Part shown: in pieces, positions 1 to 13,900 of the stretch
How the letters are laid out: the number at the start of each line of letters is the position of its first letter
Position numbering within the stretch: the first letter of the stretch is position 1
From: Phallusia mammillata
Lineage: Eukaryota
NCBI GenBank assembly: GCA_965637545.1
Contig: OZ281497.1
Location: 15,314,001-15,378,000 of the forward strand
DNA length: 64,000 nt
Direction of reading: 5' to 3'
The notes under the pieces: model-generated
Told to the model about the DNA's origin: nothing
What the model saw: the letters and a program-made list of their open reading frames with translations, nothing else
Databases searched by the model: none
Translations under genes and position numbers: made by a program

Positions 1-1767
1 AGATACCCATTACGCAATACAAAGCAGCTTGACTGGCCGGCTGGTACTGGGCACCGCTTGTAACCGAGCTGTCTTGACAGTCGTTTGCACCGCAGTAATC
101 AGCGACACTAAACTGTCTATTGGAATAAGCATAAGTTAGAAACTTTGATTTTAGAAAGTGTTCAGAGATTAAACAAACGTTTGTTTGTTTAAAGAGCACT
201 TTTGGATATTGAAACGGATAACCTGTTGGTGACCTGTTACAGGGGATTGGCAAATCAGAATAGTTTACAATTTAAAATTATTCTAGAATAAATAATACAA
301 ATCCAGAATACCAAATCCAATTACATTGTTTACCGTTCTGTGTTGTGAACCAGTCAAGTTTTAGAAATAGGAACGTCTACTGGTCATGTGATGTTTACCT
401 CAACAATTAACTAAATTACTGTTGTTTTTTTTGTGAGCAACACCTGAAAACATGTCATCCTGTGTGTTCCTAATTGCACAATCGTGGCGTGGGATTTTCT
501 CAAACCGAAAACGCATGGATAGGTCTACAAACGCGATATCAACCGAGAATTCGATTCGTTCATGTTAGGGTTCGGAACCTTCTGGATTCCCTATTCTATA
601 TTGCCCGTCCCTACCTGTACTTTTTGTGTAACTATGTGTTGGAACCGATGAAATATGTTAATTTTAAGCTTTAATTTTATTATACCAACAATATAAAGTC
701 CTCATCTGATGTTGTTCGTTTATTATAGTTTTACCAAGTTTTTTTTTAATATTGTAATTTGTTTTATAACATTGAGTGTTTGTAAATTGTTGATAAAAAC
801 TACTTACCCTCCAGTAATTGTTTCATTAACATCTATTGTTGAATTTCCAGTCAATTCCTGGGACTCCGATATCTTAAACACTATGAAGGAAATCATATTC
901 CCTAAAAGCTGCAAACCCAACGCTACGTTAGCATATACACATTAACCTTAAAAATAAAACTTGCCATTCAGTTACCTGCGTTGACAAATATCCACTGTAA
1001 AAATATCCACTGATATAACCTATATAGTCAATCAGCCCTTTCTTGCCATACGAAAGGTAGCGATACCCGAAGTAGATGTTTATCTTGCTAACACATACCC
1101 AGAACAGGTTTATGCCAATGCCGCTTAATAGACTCGCTGGTATTAATGTGCCATAATCTGTGCAAGATTTTTTGTATTCAGTGCTTGTGTTACAGCTATT
1201 TCATATATGGTTTATTTGGTAAACTTTACTTGCCTGGGTAGAAGTTTGCGGCAACATAAAGTAAGAACGTTACATCTGCGATGAGAATTCCTTGTTTTGC
1301 GCGGACATAAGGCATTACCACTGGGGCAACCAACACCCCAAACAGCACAGATGTACCCATCATGACCGAAAGTGATGTAGTCCCTTAAATAATCAATTTT
1401 ATTGCAATCGATATACATAAGGATGTTGTATTACTTTACGCGGTGTTTGTAAAATATTAGAAGTTTTAATCAGAACATAATAATTAACAATGTGAGACTG
1501 CAGTCGGCCGCAAAACTTCAAAGTTCGTTTTATCAATAATCCTACAGCTAACAACTTTATTTACTTTACGGGTAACTTACCTAAACCGCCTTCGATGTTA
1601 AGACTCGATTGAAGATTGCGCAGAGCGTTATTCGCCGAAAATATCAAAACCATTCCGAAGATGTATATAATCATGGTAATTCTGGTTTTGTTACGCATCA
1701 ACCGATTAGACGGAAGCTCTTGCGTTTCCTCGGACTTGTCAGTCGTTTCAGTTTGGCGAGCCGTCAT
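1..1767 (-). CDS. UNC93A: UNC93A-like MFS membrane protein, copy 1 (3' part runs off the window)
   Basis: Exons 1767-1581, 1383-1234, 1157-976, 908-808 and 116-<1 splice in frame: GMVLIFSANNALRNLQSSLNIEGGLG...ANFYPDYGTLIPASLLSGIG...LGNMISF...DYCGANDC. These match the UNC-93 family motifs LQSSL.xE.GLG, TLIP and CGAxxC. Intron 2 needs a GC donor. Confidence 0.85.
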
Positions 1768-3154
1768 ACTTGTGTTTGATCTTTGCCTGAAATACATTTA
1801 CACAAACATTCTTAGAAGTGTGATCTACAAAGTAAAATCTACAAAGAGTAAAACACTTTTGTACCACCAAATGTTAAGCTTTTCGTTACTCTTACTAATA
1901 CTTATTGCATCTATGCGACCTACCTTTGCAACGACATAGTACATATGAATTACAAGAGTCTTTGAAAAATGCCTTGAGGTTAGCTTAGCCGCACTGTAAA
2001 TTGACCCCTTTTTGCTTGTTTTAAATCGGAAAAATCTAGTTAAACCAGCGAAAACCGGTTTGCTTCTGGTTGCCTAATATTGCAACGAACGTCATCCCAA
2101 ACCGCGGGCAGTGGTTGTTTGTCTTCTGTTGTTCGCAAATAGACATAAAACAGGAGCTTCGTTTTTGCCACACTGAACATGTAAGACTTAGAGTTAGTTT
2201 TTCGGGTATTTTTCGTTTAACGCTTTAATAAAAATTGGATCACCCCGGATCGGTTATATTTTAAAAGAAAATGCTTGTTTGCATATATTTTATCATATTT
2301 ATTGTAATTTTAATTTCTGACGGGCTCAAAACAAGTTTTTAGATTGTCGTACTGTGATTGGTTAATAGAGTGGCGTGTATATTAGTCCGACAATGTTGCC
2401 TGTAAAAGCTCACTGGCGGTTGCAGTGTCTATATTACTAAGAATAATTCAAAGCACTAATTGATCCTGTTAGGAATAGAAAGTTTGCGAAAATATCTGTT
2501 TTGTCAATGTTGGTATTTTCTGATGCTCTCATCTTCTACACTTTCGTGTGCAATTTTACTGTGGCAGCTACAACCTAGAAATTAAATCCTGGTACTTTTA
2601 TCGTGCCAATTTTATTGTTGTAATTTTATCGTGGTAATTACATCGCGGCAATTTTGGAGTAGTAGTTTCGTCGTGGTTCATCATTGTGGATTCATTTTGG
2701 CGATTTAATCATGGTCATTTTTTCTTTTGGGAATTGCATGATAATTACATCGCATCATATATGTTAAACAACGACTTTTGCCCTAACTATACATAACCAA
2801 AGAAACGTCCCATTGAGCGGTGTCAATTATTGTCTTTTACCCTGTCCTGGTTAATCCAATAATGCCATGTAAATTTTTCGAAAAAGAAGCCGAAAAGTTT
2901 ATAGAATATGCTATTTGAGGGTGTCGGCACGTTATCTTATAAATGTTATTTACGCGATTTTTTATTTTCTCATTAATCTTTTAACGACCAGGGAACTTTA
3001 AACTCAAAACTCGTAAAAAGCAGAACTTAATCTGTAACGGCAGGTGCGATGGTAAAAGAGTTTACGATAATCAACCTCTGACGATACTCTACAAAAACAT
3101 GAAAAATAATGTAAAATAATCCAAGCAGCCCATGAAGAGCCTTAGGCTCTATTC

Positions 3155-3317
3155 CAGGGGTTCTTAACCCCAAGCACTGTTCCTAGGGGGTGCGGGGATG
3201 CTGAATCATTAAGGTTGGTTAGGTCTATTCTATACCAATACAAAAACCCAGGGGGGTGCGAAAACTGGTTGGTGATTTGTAAGGGGTGCAGCAAGGAAAA
3301 AAGGTTAAGAACCACTG
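3155..3317. mobile_element. hAT-type MITE
   Basis: TIRs CAGGGGTTCTTAACC / GGTTAAGAACCACTG; 8-bp TSD CTCTATTC on both sides. Confidence 0.9.
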
Positions 3318-3518
3318 CTCTATTCAAATGTGCACGTTTTTATGTTTCATCGTGTTTGTGGAGTTTATTTATTACAATCGATTGCTTACAAATATATACA
3401 CGTACATTATCCAAAAACGTAAAATGGGTCAAGATTTTCTCGCAGACTGTACAAAAATGTACAAATTGAGACCTAAAAATTGTAAAATTTACAGAACATT
3501 AGTTTCTAAGCAGTTCTG

Positions 3519-6500
3519 TTACTGCCGATATTTGTGGAACGGCTTTACGCATAAATATGTGTTTTCACTTGGTAGATCAGTTTTGGACGTTTGTAAGTTT
3601 TCTGTTTTTCTGATCTGAAACTCGACGGTACCTGCAAAAATAAGGTGAAATCGAGATGCCTTTAGCTATTGTTATCCAAACAATTCTAAGATTTACCATA
3701 TGTGATAGCTCCCAAGCATAGAATTGCAATATGAACGTAAATTTTGATTTCCATGCAAATAAGTGTTCGTCTTTAACTATTAAATAGTGTTGCCTAAGTT
3801 GTGTTACTACACAGACTATCACCAAAAATGTTGTAATCTGCTTGTGTTACCGGAAATAAATGTGTGATAAATTCCGTCAACAAGACCCGAAAGGCAAAGC
3901 ATTCCATACATTAGTCCGATACTTAAATTCGCGTAAGGAATCCAAAATAAGCAAAACAAATATATTCCCATGTTGATAACATATGCCGAGTAGATCGAGT
4001 ACACTCTGATTGCAACAAAACAAACAATGTTTTTGAAATGTCATCGAATTTTAGTTATTTTATTGACCTACGAAACTTGTACCTTCCAAGTCTTATCATC
4101 GCACCTTTCCGCAAAGAAATGCGCTGGTCATCGACACCCCTCCGTACATCGCCATGCATAGGCCAACCTCAAGAGATGTGGCAACGATACGATATGTTAT
4201 GTGTATACAAATACGTATTTGTTGAATTTCGACTTAAAAATCAAAATTTACCTCAGCTACTCCAAAAACACAGGACACATAACTTCGTGTTATTTCGCTA
4301 GCGCTAAAGGAGACGTTCAGCCCAAGTTGTAAGTAGGGGAAGATCAATAATAACTGCATCGGTTTGAGGAAAAACATCCAAAGCGTCTTTATGTCTTGAA
4401 AGGATCGTTTTGTTCTCTCAAAGAAACTGATTTGCTCTGTGTTGTCATGCTCCTGCTCACAGTTTTCTTTCTGGCAACGTTGTGAACTGCTTATTATTAC
4501 CACGTAAGTTATGAGTGTATAGAGTATTTTTACAGCATTATGAAGTGTATCTCGAAGGTTACATAATGGGATTAGGTTTATGATTTTTTTTATTGTAACA
4601 GAACATACTTCACGCGTGCCATCATAAAACCCTCTGGAAACCTAAGTTAGATTCGCGAAACGAGTGTTCTTTTCTAAATAATTTCACGTAATATTCGTTG
4701 AAATAGGACTTGCCTTGTTTAGAGCATTGTTTTGCAAAAACATATGAATAATATTACCTTCAGACCTCTTTTTCTACTTCGCGCGCCGCAGGAGAAGTAA
4801 CATCATTGTTTTTTGAAATATAATTTTTCCCATTTTCAGGCTCTTTATCCTTTCCGTTATCTTCAACAAAGTCACATTCACCAGGAAGGCAAGCCTCATT
4901 GTCAAGTGCTTCCGCGTGTTCTGTTGCACAATCATCCTGAACGTCGCCTACATAATCGTAAAGTATGAGAATAATGACAAAGAAATCTAACCGTTGGATT
5001 TGAGTCGGTGATACCTTTTTCAACGTTGGGCAGAAAAATCACGTGTAAACCTAGACCAATCATAGTCAGCACTACAAATATACCCATTACACAATACAAA
5101 GCAGCTTGACCGGCCGGCTGGTACTGCACACCGCTTGTAACGGAGCTGTCTTGGCAGTCGTTTGCACCGCAGTAATCAGCGACCATAAATTGTCTATTGA
5201 ACGAAGTAATAGGTTAATATTTGCTTTAATTTACAATGGCTGAATGCGGTGTTTGTAAACATAACTGCTGGTAAAACAGGTCATGTAGTAAACAAATTTT
5301 ATTTAAAGTAACCTCGATAAAGTTGTCGCTTTCGATGTGAAAATCTATGACCACCCGGTGGCCAGTTACAGCTACTGAAAGCAGTCTTGCGAAAAAACGC
5401 GAATCTATTTTTCCTGTACATGTATCCGATTTGTTAAAACTTTTTTGTTTTTAAAACAGGTGACTTTTATAATTTGTGTTTTTAAATTGTTTGGTAACAA
5501 CACGCGAAAATCGGAATATTGTTTTTGGTCGTTACTGGGGTGTTTAAGTACATGCTATTTTTTCTTGCCATTTATTTGTAAAATGGATCACTTGTAAAAT
5601 AAGTTGATAAAATATAGTTACTATACTTACCCTCCAATAACTGTGACATTACCATCTATAATTGTTGAGTTTAGTGACATTGACTGGGACTCCGATATCT
5701 TAAACATTATGAAGGGAATAATATTCCCAGAGACCTGCAAGACAAACACGAATATACATACTGACATAAAACCGAACATAAAATATATACATACTGGCAT
5801 AAAAGAAGCTTGCTGCTTATTTACCTGCTTCAAAAATAGCCAGAAAAGAAATAACCGCAGTGATATGACCAACATAGTCAATCAAACTTTTCTTTCCATA
5901 CGAAAGGTAGCGGTATGCAAAGTAAATGTTCATCTTGCTCACACATAACCAGAACAAGTTTTTTCCAAGGCCATTAAAAAAGCTCGTCGGTATCAATGTT
6001 CCGTAAACTGTGCAAAAGTTCTATTAACTTATAAGCAAACAACACTATGAACATATGAAGACGATTCGCATACACATGTGTACTGTTTTGTTGTGATGCT
6101 TACTTGCCTGGGTAAAGTTTGCAACAACATAAAGCAAAAACGTCACATCTGCGATAACATTTCCCTGTTTTGCGCGGACATAAGACATTACCACCGGGGC
6201 AATCAACACCCCAAATAATATTGAAGCACCGGTCATGACAGAAAGAGATGTAGTTCCTTACAAAAATAATGATTTAATTTTCAGGAAGTACACTCACACA
6301 GATTAATCGTTTGTCTGTGCAAGTCTAGCAGCCGGAAAACAGTACAGCCTTATTTAGCTTGTCCAATTAGGGATACAGGGCTAAACAAATCAACACTTTT
6401 TTTACATTTTTTTCAAAGTATACTTTTGTTGAGTTGAGTTATAACTTACCTAAACCGCCTTTAATGTTAAGGCTCGATTGAAGATTGCGCAGAGCATTAT

Positions 6501-6635
6501 TTACCGAAAATATCAAAACCATACCGAAGATGTATATAATCATGGTAATTCTGATTTTGTTACGTTTTGACCGATTAGACGGAAGTTCTTGCGTTACCCC
6601 CGACTGTCCGACGTTTCAATTTGGCTAATCGTCAT
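3519..6635 (-). pseudogene. UNC93A: UNC93A-like copy 2, probably disabled
   Basis: Exon-by-exon paralog of copy 1 that continues through SEITRSYVSCVFGV, VGLCMAMYG, GIYLFCLFW and IKIYVHIAILCLGAITYG. Exon 1 is 1 nt shorter than in copy 1 (early TAA), exon 2 is 1 nt shorter, exon 3 is 1 nt longer, exon 4167-4083 has a frameshift, and about 30 codons before LICMEIK appear to be missing. Confidence 0.7.
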
Positions 6636-7640
6636 TCTAAATTTAAGTGTGCCTATTTTTTATTCAAATCACAGAATAAATTAAAACACTTTTTAGCTAC
6701 ACCAAACACAAAATCGTTAGTTTTCGTTCCCCTTCAAACTCCTGATAGCAGTGTTGCACTTTCGCAACCTATCTTTGCAACGACCTTGAACAACCGACTT
6801 TTAAATAGGTTGCTCCATAAACGTCCTGATGATCCCACCATAAATTTACCTTTTTTGTTCGTTTTTAACGAGACTGTTTCATTCAGCGAAAAACAATTTG
6901 GTCTTTGTTGCCAATGAAGTAAAAGGGTCACAACGAACTTACGTAGGCCTACGATCAAAGCCCCATAATGAACTTTGATAGTTCGCAAATAAACATTAAA
7001 CGGAGTGTTAATGGGTTCGTTGTAAAATCTTTAACAGCCGTTTACAAAACGCCAAAAAACTCGTCCTTCTGTACAATACCGCTGCGCATCCAATAAACCG
7101 ATTTACACCCAAGAAATTGTTACGGTTTTAGGCGTATATTAGGTGCAAAAAGACCGGGATTTGTTTCCGACTATCGGGTCCCAAACAGAAGTCACGAACT
7201 ACCTTCATAACGTGACGCATTTCTTGTTCCAACTAAAACAGCGTGCGTGAAGTGTTACACCTTTTTAATTCGTGCACTGCTTGTGGAAAGGATACAATCG
7301 CAACGAACGGCGCTTAGTGCATACTTATGGATATATTTTACTGCACTAAGAAATACATGTAAAGGATACCAGAAGTTGGTGCTGAAAAATAACATGTTGT
7401 ATTGTATTATATATATAACAGTAAAAGTTGTTCACTCTATACAGGTAGTTTTAAGCAGAAGCGCAACAAAACTGATGTTGCTTTGACCATGGTCTATCCA
7501 CCTTATGCAGTTACCGACAGTATAACTTAAATTACATTTACATTTAAACAAACTTGTGGTTGAGGAAGATTTTTTGTGTTGGAGGCAGTTTTCGTTTAAA
7601 GTGCGTTCGGCAATTTGGGAAATTAACAACAACTACACCA

Positions 7641-9718
7641 ATGAGACGGGTCAAATCCAACCAATGCATTTTTCTTATTGCTTTGGTCCATGTCACAATC
7701 TTTGTTCCAACAGGATTGAACTTGGTGGTATTAAACCCTATTGGACCCACTCTTCAGACATTCGTAAACGAGTCGTTTCACTTGAGGCAAGTTTTTCATT
7801 TAAATTATAGTTTCGTTTCTCGTCTTTTTATGATACTGAAGTTTTTTATTTTCAAGGTACAATATAACTCCTCCGACCACAAAACTTAAAGTGATAGTCA
7901 ATTTAGCGCAATCAATGATGATGATTGGAGCTGCTTTTGGTGCTTTTTCAACCCCACTATGGTTGAACTACTTAAGGTAAAGACCTTTGTTTTCAAAAAT
8001 AGGTGAAGTTTTTTTTTTTTTGATAGTGATAGCCTTTTCTGTATCAGTCTCACGTTAAAGTTCCTAATAACCAAATTTATCACTTTTACAGCTTAAAGTT
8101 GTGTTTGGCTGTAATTCATTTGGTCTGTATAGCTTCTATTATTCTCATGTCGCCGGTGACGTACGCGTTTCATGCTTATGAGGCTTTAATCATGGGTCGA
8201 CTAATAGATGGATTCGTCAAGGGAGTGAGTTTTAGTCTCGGCCCGTTATACATTGCTGAAATCACCAGCCGCAAAACAGTAGCAGTCGATCAGGCGCCAC
8301 AAGGTTGGATCCTCATGGTCAGTGCTGGTTTTGCCAACATTATTGCTCATCCGGAGCTTTTAGGCAGTTTGACTACGTGGCCTTATGCAGTGGCGCTGCC
8401 AGTCATTTTCTCGATACTCTATTTGTTTGCTTATCCATGGGTGCCACATACAATACCACACCATGTGCACATCGAAAAACAAAACCAATGGGATGACCTT
8501 GAGGAAGGCTTTGATATGTCAGCATCCTCATTTTTGCTTTTGGAACGCCTTCGACATGCAAAAGGACAAGCCCTGGTGGAAGAATACGAAGAAATTCGAT
8601 CCGAAATCGCTGCAGAACGACATCTAAAAGAGACTCCAATTCGAAAAATTCTCGCCACCCGAAAGTACCAGCGCCAAATGTTGGCAGTGGTTATTTTACA
8701 GTTGACGTTGCAGGCTACAGGATTGCCAGTTCTGGTGCAATTTACCAACACGATTGTTGCGCTATCAGGTCTTTCCCCAGAGTATTCCAACTATTATGCA
8801 CTGGGTAATGTTTAACGTTTTTGATGTGTCTTATAGTTACGTTTCCGCTTAAGTATTCGTTGAGTCTAAGTTAATATACAGTATACCTCGCTTAAACTGA
8901 ATTCGGTTAATCCGGATCTTCGCCAAATTCGAAGTCCGGAAAATTTTTTTTTGGTCCAAAGGGGTCCGGATTAACCAAGGTTTACTGTATTCCTAAAACC
9001 CTACCCCATAGACTTACAAGCTGAAATTTATTTGTGCTTTAGGTATATACGCGGTACTTTCCATCTCTGTTATCATCGGTGCGAGTCTTCTTATCCACTT
9101 TGGATCAAAAAAAGTAATTGTCGGTGGTCTATTTATCGTTGTTGCTGCTCAGATACTTCTGTGCGTATCGCAAGCCTTAACTTACATTATTCCTGGCATG
9201 GGCATTGTTGGTACAGTGAGTCTGGCCTTACTTACGATGGGGGCTGCTAGTGGACCTTTGATGACAGTTTCAGCCTATCCGAGTGAAATAACGACAACAA
9301 TGACTCGACCACATTCGCTGTGGATCGGTGCGACATTCTTTTGGGTGATTTCTTCTGTGATTACATTCATCTTTCCCGTGAGTTCAGCAGCAATTCACGG
9401 ATTTGCATTTATCCCGTTTATCATGCTCGCAATACTGTTGGTAAGTTACTTCTTACATAATGAATTTAGTTACTTTTTTTAGCTTCTTTTCAAAATTTGA
9501 CTAGTTTTGCCGCCCTCCGATTGTAGTACTAGTGCATACACGAGGAGCAAATATATTACTAATTAACACTATCGTTTATGTTTCAGACCTTGTGTGTGCT
9601 GTTTCTTGTTCCATCTGTACATCGGCGACCTGTACATCAGATACAACAGTTCTTTGAAGATTCAAAAAACCAAGACTATTATCCAATACAAAGATTGTTA
9701 ACAAACGATTCTGAATAA
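7641..9718 (+). CDS. SLC2/GLUT-like sugar-porter family transporter 1
   Basis: Exons 7641-7786, 7857-7976, 8092-8804, 9043-9440 and 9587-9718 give an open 12-TM-like protein with GxNxxxxN, an N-glycosylation sequon in loop 1, GRLIDG, PLYIAEI, QLTLQATG and SEITTTMTRP. Confidence 0.88.
8879..8987. mobile_element. Tc1/mariner (pogo/Tigger-like) MITE in intron 3 of SLC2-like 1
   Basis: Imperfect TIRs CAGTATACCTCGCTTAA / TTAACCAAGGTTTACTG flanked by TA on both sides. Confidence 0.7.
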
Positions 9719-10941
9719 TTGGTTTATCATAATGTTACTGAATCGTATCGAAATGGCAAGCCCTTGGTTAATAAAGGTTCTGTTGGTATGCAAAATTTGC
9801 TATGTGTGCCATCAAAATAATAAAGATACATGACCATGCAACATATGACAAAAACAAATGATTAACACTTTTTGTGCCATTTATGCAAACATATTCTGAA
9901 AGTTGTGGCTGACCTGAGTTACAGTTTGTAGAAACGTCGTTATTTTTCGTTTCAACGCATTTTGATTGCATTGTATTTAACACCCAGGATAAAAAATAGT
10001 TTGTTCGAAACTTGTTTTTTTTTCTGTCCAGAATTTTGTTGCTGATACTTTAGCAACAAGCTATGCGAGTGCGGGAAATACCAACGCTTTTCTTAACATG
10101 AACTTCATGTTGCGTTAAAGGGGAAAGCTGAAACATTTGTTTAATCTGAACATTAATGAAATGGAAGGCACGAACGCACAATACGTTCGTCTGCTGCAGA
10201 ATGTTAACAAATTGCAAACGTGAGGAGTATATGACACATAATGTGTCGTGTAATGCATTTTGTGCGGGCGCCATCTCTTGATTTGCATTTTATCTTTATG
10301 CCACCAATAGCTGCAGGCAAAGCTGGCCAGAGAAATTCGATGTTTCTAACAAAACTAGATGCATATCTTAAATATACACACAAGACTTGGCGCATTAGAC
10401 TATACTTGACCGTGTGCCGATATTCGTAACACGCGTATGAAAAAAATCACTGATCCCAATGGATGTACGGAATATGGCCAATTCTAACGGCTTTCATTGT
10501 GCACATAAAAAACAAGGTTGTTTTCGGCCAACAATAAGGTGGCAATTAAAAAAAACTTTGTTCAAACCTAAACTATGCTTTACTACGTGCCAGACCTATT
10601 AAAATTCTCCCGTGTCTTTTATATGTGCATTAATTATCGAACGTGATACGTTGCAAGCTGTCGTATATAATTACATGACAAGCATGTTGTATTTTAATCA
10701 TTGTAGTGTCCTGCGCTTGCGCGTGTGTGTTTCACAGCAGGTACTATAGCACACTTAAGCAAAGGAGAACAAAGAGTTTTCAGTAACTGGAGGTGAGTTC
10801 TACAAAAGAATGTATTTGCGTGTTTTCTTCTGTGATTTTTGTCAATTGTAAGCATATAAAATATGTTTGGGGAAACTGTTGAATTGACGTATAAACAAAA
10901 ACGTACTTTTTACTTTAGCAAATGTCGACGTAGCCTTAACT

Positions 10942-13900
10942 ATGGAGCGACTGAATTCTAACTGGTGCGCATTTCTTGCGATTTTATGCCAGATTTCTAT
11001 CTTTGTGCCGATGGGTTTAAACTTGGCCGCTTTAAACCCGACAACCCCGTCCATTAAGTATTTTGTCAATGAATCATTCAAGGTAAATAGATAAGTAAAA
11101 CAAACCTGTTTGTGTATAATGGGCCTGCCCAACCGCGACGCTTAAGATTGGGTTACAGTTCATTTAAGCTAAAGTTTAAATTTTATATTTCTGTTTTGTT
11201 TGCGAAGTGTGTTTGCCTAAATTTTGCAAGTTAGAAATAGCATACTCCTTAACAATTGTGGGACAACTATAGTTTTGCAAGATTATCATGCAAAGGAATG
11301 ACCCAAGGATAATTATAACATCACAGCTGTGAATAAAACAATGTAAAAAAATAAGCGAACAATCGCCTGCTGGCGAAGAAAGTAGTTGTTCGATACAGAA
11401 AGCTTGATCATAAAAGTGGTCTGCTAAACTGAAAAGGTTGGCCAGGCCTGGTAAGGGTCAAACAAGTTATTAAAAGCAACATTTCACGTGTTTCGATTCG
11501 CAGGTGCGTTATAACGGAACTCCATCGACTGAGGAAACAAACACTTTAATCATACGCTTGGCTCAGTCGTGTGAGCCGCTTGGTGCTGCATTTGGTGCCC
11601 TGACCACACATTTGTGGCTAAAATATATGAGGTATGACCGTCAATATATATCCAAAAATATTACTGTTTTAGGTAGTTCAAGCCGTTGGCATAACTGAAC
11701 CACATTCGGCCTTATATTTAGTGTTCGCAGATGGCGTTGGAGCATATCTACAAATAATTTGGACTCCAAACTTAAAAATCTGGCTCAGATCCGAAAAGCT
11801 AAAAAATGTTTTTCAAAGACCTACACTTCCTAAACTAAACAATTCAAACCTTTGTTACTCTTATTTTGCAGTCGTCGCAAGGCTCTCGTTGTAGTACACA
11901 TCCTATCCGTAGCGTCTGCCTTCTTGATGTCGGCTATGACATACTTTCTATACTCGTACGAACTTCTTATCATCGGGCGTTGGATCAACGGAGTAGCGCG
12001 GGGTGTGGGATTTAGTGTGGGCCCGCTGTTTGTTGCAGAAATTACTCACCGCAAGACATTGGCCTTGTACCAAAGCCCTATAGGTTGGCTGACATTGGTA
12101 AGCGGGGGATTGGAAAACATTGTTGCTCATCCAAAAGTGATGGGGGGAGTAAAGACTTGGCCCTTCGCTCTTGCGTTTCCAGGATTTTTTTCACTGGCGT
12201 TCCTTTGCCTTTTACCGTGGATTCCACACACAATACCTTACCTGATAAAAACTGAACAAAACTCTTTCAAATATGGCGATAAAAGCGACGAGATGGATTC
12301 CCCATCTTTTCGGCTTCTCAAGCATCTCCGCTTTAAAGACACGACAGCGTTGCTCGACGAGTACGCCAGTATCAAAGCGGAAATCGCAAGCGAAATTGAA
12401 CTTGAAAAGCGCTCAATTTGGCAACTTCTTTGCATCGGAAGTTACAGACATCAAATGATCGCGGTTGTGGTTTTGCAACTTTCTACTCAGGCAACTGGTA
12501 CCGCGGTGTTATTGCAGTACACCAACGAAATATTGACCAACGCAGGCGTAAACGCGGATCAGACAACGTACTATGCAGTGGGTATGTGCAGTGGACATAT
12601 AAACATGTATATAGTATCAACAGTTTGGTTGATTTTAAATGACGTTTTAAATGGGCCAAACGTGAGTGCTTGTGCTTGAAACTTTAAATATAGGAAACTA
12701 GGTTAAACCGACAGCTTGGGTTGACTAAATTTTCGTTTCATTGTGCACATGTATTGTATGGTTAGTTCGGACCTACTAACCTACTACCCTCCTGTTCTGA
12801 TTTGCATATAACCTGTCGGAAATAATACAGCTTTTGCCAACATGGAAAATATATGAAATAATACGACAGCTTGTTACTTGAAATGACTTATGTTGTATAT
12901 CGCAGGCATATTTGGTCTAATGGTGGTCACGATGATTATGGCAACGCGTCTGCTCGAGCGTTTTGGTTCAAAAAAGATGTTGGTTACTGGTCTGGTTGTT
13001 GTTGTGATCGGACAAAGTCTTCTCTGTCTCTCCACTTCGTACAACTCAACTGTCCCAGAGATGGGTGTAGTCGGTATTGTCAGCGTCGCTATCTTTAGCA
13101 TAGGGGTTGGTACTGGTCCGCTGCTTACCATTACTGCATATCCGTCTGAAATTACAACCATCGTCACACGTCCGGAGGCCTTATGGCTGGGTTCAACCTT
13201 CTATTGGATGACCTCATCTATTGCATCTTTTCTCTTTCCAATCAGCATTGCGAAAATACACGGCTTTGCGTATCTGCCGTTCATTGTACTCGTCATAGTC
13301 ATGGTAAGTACGTTTTCTGTAATGCCCTTGAACTCGTGGCAATGCAAACATACGGTCCACTAGATTCTGTAGTACACGCTCCATTTGCATAAGTATACTC
13401 CTAAAACTTCGTGTTAATTGTCTTATGTAAGCTCAACCGTTTAGCCCAGTGGTTCTTAACCGGTGTTCGATCGAACCCCAGGGGTTCGGCAACGCCTGAT
13501 CAGGGGTTCGACGAAGGTCTTTTCAAAGTACAATAAAAATACTCGTTTTCGTCAAACTTTAGGGTCTGCTAAAAATGGTAATTTGTATATTGCCAAATAT
13601 CAAAACATTGGAAGCTTACACTTAGGCAAGGTTGAACAACCTGCGGACGTACTGCCGCAGAGACGAGTTTGTGCGGTCGTGAACATGTTTTTAATATGTC
13701 TACATGTACTGGCGGCCGTGACGTAAATAAAACTCGTTTGCTAAATATTATCATTTTTAAACTGCTTTAAACAGTTTTTGTGGTACCAAAAAGGGTATTA
13801 CCATAGTATACTAACTTTACCAGCCTAGTAGCAACATCCGTCAGACTTTTTGTACGCCTATTGTGTGCTAACAATGCGAACAAAACAGGTACCACAAGCG

